Virus record (IMG/VR): IMGVR_UViG_3300009073_000004
Direction: 5' to 3' (one strand)
DNA length: 64,000 nt
Origin: a virus
The translations under genes and the position numbers were made by a program. The notes below the pieces were generated by a model. It made no database searches. It was not told the DNA's origin and saw nothing but the letters and a program-made list of their open reading frames with translations. Below, one piece after another: positions 9,832 through 17,619 of the stretch (positions are counted from its first letter, which is position 1; every line of letters starts with the position of its first letter).

Positions 9832-10006
9832 CTGAAGAAGCTTTCTCGTTGAGGGCAGCACACATAATGGTGGCCCGGTGAACATCTACTTGTGGTTTGG
9901 AGGATCTTTCGACAGAAGCAATGGCTTCATCAATTCCGTCGAGAGTGTCGATGATGTAGATGGGATAGTCATCGAACTCGTGCTCCAGGATGAACCTTTC
10001 ATCCAT
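9824..10006 (-). CDS. hypothetical acidic protein (60 aa)
   Basis: ORF track. Overlapping stop/start packing with neighbours. Confidence 0.45.
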   Translation of the reverse strand: MDERFILEHEFDDYPIYIIDTLDGIDEAIASVERSSKPQVDVHRATIMCAALNEKASSDE

Positions 10007-10496
10007 GGGTTTGATCAGAGGTTTGAGCCAGTTTGCGAGCTTTGCGAATAGCAGTCTGCTTGGTCTTTTCCGCGAACTGGTTCATGTATTTGGGCAGATC
10101 GTCGAGGACCGGAACCCAGACGATTTCCGTCGTGGCAATGCCCCACGAAGCGGTGGAGCTGAGAAGAGAACCATCTCCGGCGAGAACCACATCCTGCGGA
10201 ATTTTGATGATCAGCTGAACAAGCCAGCCTTCATGGAAATACTCGCTGACCAGCTCATCATCTTCGAGATGCTCAGAATTGGCTTGCCAGAACTCGATGT
10301 TGGCATCTTTGCCCATGAGATCGGTGATCGACTGATGGGGGCCATCTCCATCGCACAAGTCTGAAGCTATTTCTTCAAACATGTTTTCCAGAGTGCTGGG
10401 CATATAGTCATGGGTCGCTTGGGAAAGCATCACCATATCTTCAATGACCACTCCCGTATTTTCGGTGGTGTTCAGGATTGCTGCTTCAGGTGTCAT
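9999..10496 (-). CDS. strongly acidic protein (165 aa) with a short basic C-terminal tail
   Basis: ORF track. About 27 Asp/Glu against 3 Lys in the first ~135 residues by hand count. Tail: KTKQTAIRKARKLAQ. Confidence 0.55.
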   Translation of the reverse strand: MTPEAAILNTTENTGVVIEDMVMLSQATHDYMPSTLENMFEEIASDLCDGDGPHQSITDLMGKDANIEFWQANSEHLEDDELVSEYFHEGWLVQLIIKIPQDVVLAGDGSLLSSTASWGIATTEIVWVPVLDDLPKYMNQFAEKTKQTAIRKARKLAQTSDQTHG

Positions 10497-10576
10497 GATT
10501 GACCTCTACTGATTGAAACTGATTAAGTTTGGAAACCAAGGAAAGAAAGTTCTCCCCTTGGCTCCATCTTTATCAG

Positions 10577-10753
10577 TTATCCAGCAAGAGCTTTTACGAA
10601 AGCATGGGCCATCGTAAAGCTGTAGATTCCCATGGGCAGAATCATGGCGAACCATGCTGCCCAACGAGGTTTGATATGATCAAACACCTGGAAGACGAAG
10701 TAACAAAATACTCCGCTGCCAACCATAGCAATGGCGCTATATGCCGGTCCCAT
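10577..10753 (-). CDS. small two-helix membrane peptide (58 aa), below the ORF-track size cutoff
   Basis: Hand translation: MGPAYSAIAMVGSGVFCYFVFQVFDHIKPRWAAWFAMILPMGIYSFTMAHAFVKALAG. AGGAGA sits 7 nt upstream, and the ATG lies 1 nt after the thyX stop. Confidence 0.45.
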   Translation of the reverse strand: MGPAYSAIAMVGSGVFCYFVFQVFDHIKPRWAAWFAMILPMGIYSFTMAHAFVKALAG

Positions 10754-10754
10754 G

Positions 10755-12215
10755 TTAATCTCCTAGATCAGGACGGGAGATATCATACATATCCAGAAGC
10801 TTGATAACCTCGGCCGTCTCGCTCTTGGACAGACCATTCTGCGGATCCGTCAGGCAATTCGGATACAGCAGGGTATGAATCTGCTCAGGCGAGAGAGTCG
10901 AAGACCTCTTCGCCTGCATGTATGCAGCATGGACGAACGGAAAGTGGAACTGAACCTGTTCCCCGATGATCCCGGCATACTGGCGGATCTCCCACTGGGC
11001 ATGTTCATCGTCCCGTAGGAACAAGAACTTGATCAGGTTGGAGATATCCAGTTTCCAGACGAACTCGGTATAGGTGTTCAGGGGAAGCACCATACGAGCT
11101 GTCTCACGAGAGACTTTCTTTGTGTTGAGAAGAAACTCGTAACGATCAAAACAGTAATTGGATACTCTCTTGATCTCTTCCTGAACTTCTCGAGCTTCAC
11201 CGATAGACAGAGGTTCTGCTGAACCCTGTTTATTGAGCCGGTCCTGATGACAGATCTGCTCAGGTTTCGGAACATAGAAGAGCCGAACCATCTCAGAATA
11301 TCTGCCAGAATACTCGTTGAGATTGGCTGTTCGATGCCGGATCCACTGGCGAGCAATAAAGATCGGCACCCGAGCATGAAACTTGATCTCACCCATCTCC
11401 AAGGGAGAAGTATGTTTGTGCCTCATCAGATAATTGATGAGACCCTGATCGTTGTTCACGCTCTTGGTTCCACGGCCGTAGCTCATGCGAGCTGAATCAG
11501 CGATACTTTTGTCAGACCCCATGACTTCTTGCAGATGCAAAAAACCATGATCGAGAACCTGGGTTGCTCCGTCAGGCATGTCGAACATGGTCTTTTCAGG
11601 AACGGCAATCATGGCCAGCTCTTCATGCCGAACGATCGGATGATCCTTGGCAACACGCTCAGCATATTTGACGTTGAAGCCTCTCTGGTACAGAGCCTTC
11701 TGGATATGTTGAACTTGTCGACGAATGTTCTCCGTGAAGTTCTTTTCAGGATTGTTGTCGATGAAGAACTCTGCATCCATATGATTCAGCTCCATGGAGC
11801 TTTCATCTTCCAGAGGCTTTCGGTCACAGGCATCAACCCAGATCACTGTGTCGAAGACACCCTTCTCCTTGCAAGCCACCAGCTCCCGACGACGACGCAT
11901 TCCCACATACATGTGGTTGCCCCGGTCGAGCATCGTTGATGCTGTCTTGGTGGCATCCGGCGTGTTGTAGGTTTCGACCATATCCGCCCAGAGTTTCCGG
12001 TTGTTTTTCCGGTCCTCAAAGAAGGCGTCGTAATTGCCGTACCGATCTTTGCCCCAGAAGGGCCAGATGAACTCGGTGGCCACGAAATGCGAGGAGGAGC
12101 TGAAGTTCACTCCCATCTCTTCCGTGATGATCTGAGCGGTGTCATCCTTGCCATGCTGGGCATGGCCGATGAGCAGGATCCTGGGTTTGCGGTTCAGGTT
12201 TTCAGGTTTGGTCAT
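10755..12215 (-). CDS. thyX: P-loop dNMP-kinase-like domain fused to flavin-dependent thymidylate synthase ThyX (486 aa)
   Basis: C-terminal half carries the ThyX signature RHRTANLNEYSGRYSE. N-terminal ~190 aa has P-loop LLIGHAQHGKDD and YVGMRRRRE...VIWVD, resembling phage dNMP kinases. Start at Met17, with an ATGA overlap to the upstream ORF. Confidence 0.85.
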   Translation of the reverse strand: MTKPENLNRKPRILLIGHAQHGKDDTAQIITEEMGVNFSSSSHFVATEFIWPFWGKDRYGNYDAFFEDRKNNRKLWADMVETYNTPDATKTASTMLDRGNHMYVGMRRRRELVACKEKGVFDTVIWVDACDRKPLEDESSMELNHMDAEFFIDNNPEKNFTENIRRQVQHIQKALYQRGFNVKYAERVAKDHPIVRHEELAMIAVPEKTMFDMPDGATQVLDHGFLHLQEVMGSDKSIADSARMSYGRGTKSVNNDQGLINYLMRHKHTSPLEMGEIKFHARVPIFIARQWIRHRTANLNEYSGRYSEMVRLFYVPKPEQICHQDRLNKQGSAEPLSIGEAREVQEEIKRVSNYCFDRYEFLLNTKKVSRETARMVLPLNTYTEFVWKLDISNLIKFLFLRDDEHAQWEIRQYAGIIGEQVQFHFPFVHAAYMQAKRSSTLSPEQIHTLLYPNCLTDPQNGLSKSETAEVIKLLDMYDISRPDLGD

Positions 12216-12397
12216 TCGGATAGATCCCCATCTTCCTTGAGAGCTTCGATCAGCATCTCGCAATGGCCCCGGACTTCTTCCATGGTCTCCATGGTTTTTT
12301 CCGGTGGAACCGAGGTGTCAGCGAAAGCCTTGTCGATCAAAGCTTTGATTCGTTCAGCGTGGTTCATTGCACAAGCCCTTCCAGTGCTTCGTCCCAT
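12212..12397 (-). CDS. hypothetical protein (61 aa)
   Basis: ORF track. ATGA coupling to thyX. Confidence 0.5.
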   Translation of the reverse strand: MGRSTGRACAMNHAERIKALIDKAFADTSVPPEKTMETMEEVRGHCEMLIEALKEDGDLSE

Positions 12398-12774
12398 GCA
12401 CCTTCATTCCAGCTCTGGAGCCGGGAGTAGGTTTCAGGGCAGTTGTTGTCCACCAGCAGAGTGATGAACGCATGATCAGCCATTGGCCGACCGTCGGAGA
12501 TCTCAGGCTCATATGCTCGAGCACCGCTCAAGACATTCGCCTGGATCTGTTCCCATTGGATCACTTGGTTCATGCCCAACATAAAGTAGTAGGCATTCTC
12601 AATACCAATGAAAGTCTTCTGAATCTCTGGGTTGAGATCATACTCTTTGATCAGGCTCATGGGATATTTCATAACCCAGGTGCCATGGAGAAATGTGATT
12701 GAATCACACCAATCCCGCAGAGCCTCATAGTGCAGGATGCTATCCCGCTCTTGGTTCTGTTGATCGCGGTTCAT
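12364..12774 (-). CDS. hypothetical protein (136 aa)
   Basis: Start at Met82 of the track ORF (MNRDQQNQ), immediately after the upstream stop (TGACATG). Confidence 0.5.
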   Translation of the reverse strand: MNRDQQNQERDSILHYEALRDWCDSITFLHGTWVMKYPMSLIKEYDLNPEIQKTFIGIENAYYFMLGMNQVIQWEQIQANVLSGARAYEPEISDGRPMADHAFITLLVDNNCPETYSRLQSWNEGAWDEALEGLVQ

Positions 12775-12775
12775 G

Positions 12776-13483
12776 TCAGAACTTCCTTTCTTCTTCCATA
12801 CGACGGAGACATTCTTCAGGGGTTTCACCTTCTCGGAGTTTGTAGCTGCACCCGATGGTTCCACCCTTCCAAGAGCCGGATCGTTCTCCGACTTCATCGC
12901 TGAACTCGATATCGATCGATTGAGCTTCTCTGGCGTAAAGCCATTTGGGAACCCACTTCCGGCCCAGAATATGCCGACGACGGCTGATCGTGGCCCAGCG
13001 GTTTTGGATCTCACCACTTTCCAAACGATAGGTGTAAGGGTGAACAGCCGTCATGGGAGGAAAGACGCCGTTACTCTCTTCACGAACATCGAACCAATCT
13101 TCGCCACTTTGGCCAAGATACTGATAGCGGATTGTGTAAAGGGTCAGAGGCAGATCCCAGCTTTTCCAGTGATCGCCCCAGTAAAACTGCATACCGAACT
13201 CTCGAGAGACTTCTACGCCCCAGCGTGGACCTTCCATCGGGTGATAGGTTTTGTTGACCACACCCAGAGGAATGAACGCTTGGGCAAAGAGTAAAGAAAT
13301 GTTCAGGATCCGGTCTCCCAGATCATCTTCGTTACCAGTGATTCCGTATTTGATACCGATAGAGCATTCCCTGCCCCAGCAGATTTCCAGAGACTGACCG
13401 TTCTCATACCACTGTCGCCACATACCCGGCTCTCGAGAGCTATAGGTGACACGGCGTCTGAACAACTTATCTAGGATTTTCAT
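12776..13483 (-). CDS. hypothetical protein (235 aa, Trp/Tyr-rich)
   Basis: ORF track. No motif recognised. Confidence 0.6.
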   Translation of the reverse strand: MKILDKLFRRRVTYSSREPGMWRQWYENGQSLEICWGRECSIGIKYGITGNEDDLGDRILNISLLFAQAFIPLGVVNKTYHPMEGPRWGVEVSREFGMQFYWGDHWKSWDLPLTLYTIRYQYLGQSGEDWFDVREESNGVFPPMTAVHPYTYRLESGEIQNRWATISRRRHILGRKWVPKWLYAREAQSIDIEFSDEVGERSGSWKGGTIGCSYKLREGETPEECLRRMEEERKF

Positions 13484-13752
13484 GAGATACTCTCTTGTCT
13501 GAGTTTACTGAAAAGATCGGTAAGGTGGCCAGCATAGACTGCTACCGGCTCAATATCCAAAACATCGCCCTCGTACTCAATGTCCTGAGCGACGATGTAG
13601 CTCGCCATGTTGACAGCATGAGCCGGATCTTTGCCGTTGGTCTGAACTCGATAGATCGTGTCAGCTGCACAGTTCTGATCGCTGGCGATGTCATCAGGCA
13701 GCCTGAACAAGACGGTGAATGGTTTGGATTTGCAGAGTATTTCAACTGCCAT
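13480..13752 (-). CDS. hypothetical protein (90 aa)
   Basis: Start at Met26 (MAVEILCK), with GAGGAAG upstream. Confidence 0.5.
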   Translation of the reverse strand: MAVEILCKSKPFTVLFRLPDDIASDQNCAADTIYRVQTNGKDPAHAVNMASYIVAQDIEYEGDVLDIEPVAVYAGHLTDLFSKLRQESIS

Positions 13753-13966
13753 CGTTCTCTTCCTCATCAAGGTCTGAATAATACTTTTCCAGAGCATTAG
13801 TAAAAGCCTGAGCCGCAGGCATTGCATGAAGCGGCATACTGTCCTGTAACAAGTTCACAGGAATGGATGTGGCTTCGAAATACATTGCAGCCATCTGAAG
13901 ATGATAGGCGTAAAGCCGATTGGCTTCGTCTACATCAAAGACTGTAGTTGTCAGATTAACTGGCAT
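13742..13966 (-). CDS. hypothetical protein (74 aa)
   Basis: ORF track. Confidence 0.5.
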   Translation of the reverse strand: MPVNLTTTVFDVDEANRLYAYHLQMAAMYFEATSIPVNLLQDSMPLHAMPAAQAFTNALEKYYSDLDEEENDGS

Positions 13967-13981
13967 GGTTCTCTCCTTTAT

Positions 13982-14302
13982 TTAATGGATGCCTCTGATG
14001 TGTGGGACATCCATGTTACATTTCATAAAGTATTCATACTTTACAGACTCTAAAGGTTTAGCTTTGTTTTGCTCATTCTGAACAAAAGCAGCGGTTGCTA
14101 TTCCAAAGAATATAAGAAGACATACTCCCAGAGCTGAAACATAGTATTCTCTCGGAGGCATCATCTTATCTGGTCTGTTCCAGAAAAAGAGATTATCTAT
14201 AAACCTAGCCATCTCCGATATGAAACAGAACAGAAGAGTGAAAGCGAATAAGACAATTCTCCAGTCTCCTGTCATTTCTAGGTTGAATGTGAAGTTTTCC
14301 AT
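13982..14302 (-). CDS. AT-rich membrane protein (106 aa; alternative start 14320)
   Basis: Two hydrophobic helices: WRIVLFAFTLLFCFI and ALGVCLLIFFGIATAAFV. GAGAGGAG lies upstream of the ATG at 14302. Local GC is about 32% (19/60 in 14001-14060). Confidence 0.5.
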   Translation of the reverse strand: MENFTFNLEMTGDWRIVLFAFTLLFCFISEMARFIDNLFFWNRPDKMMPPREYYVSALGVCLLIFFGIATAAFVQNEQNKAKPLESVKYEYFMKCNMDVPHIRGIH

Positions 14303-14335
14303 TTGGCTCCTCTCTTTCATTTAAAATTTAAAGTA

Positions 14336-14372
14336 AATACAAAAACGCCCTCTGGAGTAACCAAAGGGCGTT
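14336..14372 (-). terminator. rho-independent terminator after the protease gene
   Basis: Perfect 8-bp stem AACGCCCT (14344-14351) / AGGGCGTT (14365-14372) with a 13-nt loop. The minus sense is followed by TTTTTGTATTT. Confidence 0.7.
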
Positions 14373-14398
14373 CATGTATTTTCTTCATGGTTGGAAGA

Positions 14399-15205
14399 TC
14401 AGCTTGCGAAAGCTGCCGGACTGAGGCGTTCTTTTCCCTTCATGATCGCTGTCCACACGTCGATCAGCTCGACCACATCCGAAGAATGATCCCCGTCTCC
14501 GTCACCATCCAGGTCAGCACGGCTGTTCTGGGTGATTAGGACCATCGCTGGCACTTCGGAAGCATCTTCCAGCACGATTGTACCAACGCCCCCTGACATG
14601 CCGCTCATGGCGAGCACAGAGCCGTCGTCGAACTGGATGATCCAGGATGGAGCATCTCCGTTCCGCATATCCTCGGGCCGGTCCATGTAGGCGAAGCCGT
14701 TTCGGACTTCATAGTGATCAGGCCGGGTGACACCCGCAGGGTATCCACGGATCCGCACCCGGTCTTTCACCCGGAGAACGGTCGGCGGTCGGACAGGAAT
14801 GGCGTTGCAGCCGAAGAGAGCAACATCCAGACCATCGGGCCGAAGGATCAGTTCTTTGCCACGGGTCCATGCAGGCCACTGCTCACGATCTTGAGGCCAT
14901 GCTTCAACCGAGTGACCTGCACCGATAGTGCCGCCCCAGAGACTGAACCATGTGGAGAAAGCTCCAGCAATGGAGGCTGTCTCATGGATCTCCGGGAAGA
15001 GACCGAAGGGCGACGGAGCGACGATGGCATCAGGAGCGCCGTTGACGCCTGAAGCTCCAGCCTTGCCGTTCACCCCTGAGACATTGGCGGGCTGAGCCAG
15101 AGAACTGGCGTTCAGCATTGCCAAAGCATCGACCGACAGTATCTGAGCTTGCTCAGCCAGCTTGTCCGCAGACGATGCCAGCTTGCGAAGGGCAGCCTGA
15201 TTCAT
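14399..15205 (-). CDS. chymotrypsin-fold (S1-like) serine protease with Asp/Gly-rich Ca-loop-like C-terminus (268 aa)
   Basis: Triad-like motifs in order: GAGHSV (His), LDVALFG (Asp), AMSGMSGGV (Ser, GxSGG). The C-terminus ADLDGDGDGDHSSDVVELIDVW resembles dockerin/EF-hand DxDxDG loops. GC is about 60%. Confidence 0.65.
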   Translation of the reverse strand: MNQAALRKLASSADKLAEQAQILSVDALAMLNASSLAQPANVSGVNGKAGASGVNGAPDAIVAPSPFGLFPEIHETASIAGAFSTWFSLWGGTIGAGHSVEAWPQDREQWPAWTRGKELILRPDGLDVALFGCNAIPVRPPTVLRVKDRVRIRGYPAGVTRPDHYEVRNGFAYMDRPEDMRNGDAPSWIIQFDDGSVLAMSGMSGGVGTIVLEDASEVPAMVLITQNSRADLDGDGDGDHSSDVVELIDVWTAIMKGKERLSPAAFAS

Positions 15206-15681
15206 GGGCTTGCTCCCGGTCGATACTTGTCGCAGACCGAAGACCGGAGACCTGCATACCCGCCAGAGTGCTGGTAATAGGTTCCGGCCGGAGCCGAAAT
15301 ACAGGCTGCCTGAACCGGGTCATCATAGACCGTTCGCTCGATCGGGATGAAAGATGCCGCCACGGTTCCCATGAGGGTACAGGTTTCGATAAACCCGTTC
15401 TCGGCATCGGCGGTACGACGCATGGGATCAGAAGCATTCCAGATCGTCTGGAGATCTCCGCAGAGATTGTTGGAGAAGAGAACTTCCAAAGCGGTGCCGA
15501 CAGGTCGGGCGCTGGTCGATACGGCTACGACGGTCTCAGGCGTGAAAGAAGCAGCGACACTGCTGGGAACTCCACCACTGCCTCCCGTTGTAATGTCATC
15601 TGACGAGGCACAGGCACTCAGGGCCATGAGACCTGCACCGATTGAGCCAATGAGAAGAAGTCGAGTTCGAGATGTTCGCAT
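15202..15681 (-). CDS. lipoprotein (159 aa)
   Basis: Signal peptide MRTSRTRLLLIGSIGAGLMALSAC with lipobox LSAC. 4-nt overlap with the protease gene. Confidence 0.65.
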   Translation of the reverse strand: MRTSRTRLLLIGSIGAGLMALSACASSDDITTGGSGGVPSSVAASFTPETVVAVSTSARPVGTALEVLFSNNLCGDLQTIWNASDPMRRTADAENGFIETCTLMGTVAASFIPIERTVYDDPVQAACISAPAGTYYQHSGGYAGLRSSVCDKYRPGASP

Positions 15682-15725
15682 CTGGCGCTCACTTTCTGCT
15701 GGTTGTTGGTTGAAAGAGGTAGGTA

Positions 15726-16073
15726 TCAGTTGCCCAGAGGAGCCAACCGCCGACCGTTGTTCTCATCATCTTCCAGCTTGACGCCAGGAACATAGGTGAG
15801 AGCTTCTGCAACGGCATAGCTGCCGTCCGGGTTCTTCTGCTGGGTGGTGACTTGTACCACACATCCGCCGACAACCTGCATGGCCTTGGTGGATTTCATC
15901 CAACCTTCAGCTTCGCTGGATGCCTTACAGAGAAGACGGAACATGTCTCCATTTCCGACAACCTTGATATCTTTGACATTCATTCGAGCGCCAGAGATCG
16001 TCGAGTTGTGCAGAGTTTTTTCTTTCTGATCGGCCATAGCTGACTCTTTCTGTTCAAACTTGAAGAAGGGCAT
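15726..16073 (-). CDS. hypothetical protein (115 aa; alternative start 16037)
   Basis: ORF track. No motif recognised. Confidence 0.5.
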   Translation of the reverse strand: MPFFKFEQKESAMADQKEKTLHNSTISGARMNVKDIKVVGNGDMFRLLCKASSEAEGWMKSTKAMQVVGGCVVQVTTQQKNPDGSYAVAEALTYVPGVKLEDDENNGRRLAPLGN

Positions 16074-16106
16074 ACTCGGATGCCCTTCTACTTTTTGTCA
16101 AGTTCC

Positions 16107-16472
16107 CTACTTGAGAACTGCCACTTCAGGGATCAGATCTTCTCGTGTCAGCAGAGCACGAGAAGCGAGACGAGCTTCGGCCATGTTGGCCAGCTGCTCG
16201 GGCGTCTTTTCGAAGTGGGCCACGGCATCCGGCGTATGGATTTCCGCGTGCTTCACGACTTCCTGACGCATCTGTTTCGGGGTCATTTCGATCTGACCTT
16301 CAGCGACCCGGTTGAGCACGAGGTCAGCACCGGCTTCCAGAGCGCCGGTCAGGGCGTCTGCATGGCGCTGTTCCATCGTGATGCCGGTATATTTGAAGAG
16401 GATCATTCCGATGAGAGCGAGCACACCGGGAATGAAAATGACATCGACGAGAGTTCGGAGGGATTCGAGCAT
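16107..16472 (-). CDS. N-terminally membrane-anchored protein (121 aa)
   Basis: Hydrophobic segment VIFIPGVLALIGMILF followed by a helical soluble domain. Confidence 0.55.
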   Translation of the reverse strand: MLESLRTLVDVIFIPGVLALIGMILFKYTGITMEQRHADALTGALEAGADLVLNRVAEGQIEMTPKQMRQEVVKHAEIHTPDAVAHFEKTPEQLANMAEARLASRALLTREDLIPEVAVLK

Positions 16473-16476
16473 GGCT

Positions 16477-17016
16477 TTATCCTTTTCTGGTTCGGAGCAT
16501 GGCAGCTGCCTTCTCCATTATATCTGGGTTATCTCTAAACGCACCCAGACCTCTGTTGCAATGTTTGCACAAGAGCCATCGAACGTCACCTGTGTCGTGG
16601 CAATGGTCGAGATCTGTAGGATCAGGATCTTCACATATTGCACAAAGATTATCTTGTTTTTCTCGGATTTTTTCAATTTCTTCAGGAGTCAGACCAGCAG
16701 CTCCACCTCGTTTTCGAGCTTGGATCTTGGCATATTTTTCTGGATCAGCTCTGGATCTGGCAGCCGATTCTCTGGCTCGCTTTCGAGATAGCTCAAGATT
16801 TTTGTGATAATGTTTGGTTGAACGCTTGTTGCCTTGTTCTTTGACTTTGTCAGGATCTTTGGCTTTGCGACGTGCATGGCTTTCTGCATTGTCTTCATTC
16901 ACACAAGATTTACATCTCGGCGTAAGACCATATTTTCCTCCAGAGTTTTTGTAGAAATACTCCAGGGTAGCCGGGTATTCATTTTTACATTTACGACATA
17001 ATTTCATTTGCTGCAT
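16477..17016 (-). CDS. Endonuclease VII-family (T4 gp49-like) nuclease (179 aa)
   Basis: CAICEDPDPTDLDHCHDTGDVRWLLCKHCNRGLGAF matches the Endonuclease_7 core (C..C...DHCH.tG.vRglLC..CN.glG). An N-terminal Cys4 cluster is also present. Confidence 0.75.
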   Translation of the reverse strand: MQQMKLCRKCKNEYPATLEYFYKNSGGKYGLTPRCKSCVNEDNAESHARRKAKDPDKVKEQGNKRSTKHYHKNLELSRKRARESAARSRADPEKYAKIQARKRGGAAGLTPEEIEKIREKQDNLCAICEDPDPTDLDHCHDTGDVRWLLCKHCNRGLGAFRDNPDIMEKAAAMLRTRKG

Positions 17017-17069
17017 GGTATAGCTCCCTCAACACTGTGAGGGAACTATACTGTCAGAGACAGATCAGA

Positions 17070-17609
17070 TCAATCTCTAGCTTCGACCGGCCGATCAGGC
17101 TGATCTTGGTATTTGCCATCTTCTCCGTAATCACCGTCTTCGAACAGCTGAGAGAAGAGTGATTGAGCGATGCCGATGCCTGCCTTGAGATGCAGTTCGT
17201 CCTCACCGTGGTAGACCAACTCGAGTGTTAAATTTCCCCGCCAGTTGGGTTCTGCCACAGTATTGAACACCGACAATGCTCGTCGAGCATGGGTCGATTT
17301 GTCAGCAATCTGGGCAACCAGATCTTTGGGCATCTGGAAGTATTCTACCCCGGATGCCAGAGTGAACCGGGTGAAACCCTGGAACTCTCCATCGACATAG
17401 AGAGAGTGCCGAACCAGATAGTGAAGCCGCAGAAGCCTGATGATCCAGGGTGCTCGCTTGATCTCTTTGACCCAGCGGACATCCTGTTTCAAACGAATGT
17501 CGTAGCCTGCTTCTGCAAGGCCATACGACGTTCCTTCGAACTTGATCTTCTCGGTTTCCATGTTGGCTATAGGAGCTGCCCTGAGCAGTCTTGAGCCGTT
17601 TACCTTCAT
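17070..17609 (-). CDS. dcd: dCTP deaminase / dUTPase-superfamily enzyme (179 aa)
   Basis: GYDIRL, ADKSTHARRALSV, EPNWRGNLTLELV and GKYQDQ align with E. coli Dcd (VDVRLG, DGRSSLARLGL, DPGWSGCIVLEF, AKYRNQQ). Start at Met28, with GAGGAAAA upstream. Confidence 0.75.
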   Translation of the reverse strand: MKVNGSRLLRAAPIANMETEKIKFEGTSYGLAEAGYDIRLKQDVRWVKEIKRAPWIIRLLRLHYLVRHSLYVDGEFQGFTRFTLASGVEYFQMPKDLVAQIADKSTHARRALSVFNTVAEPNWRGNLTLELVYHGEDELHLKAGIGIAQSLFSQLFEDGDYGEDGKYQDQPDRPVEARD

Positions 17610-17619
17610 TGGTTTTCCT

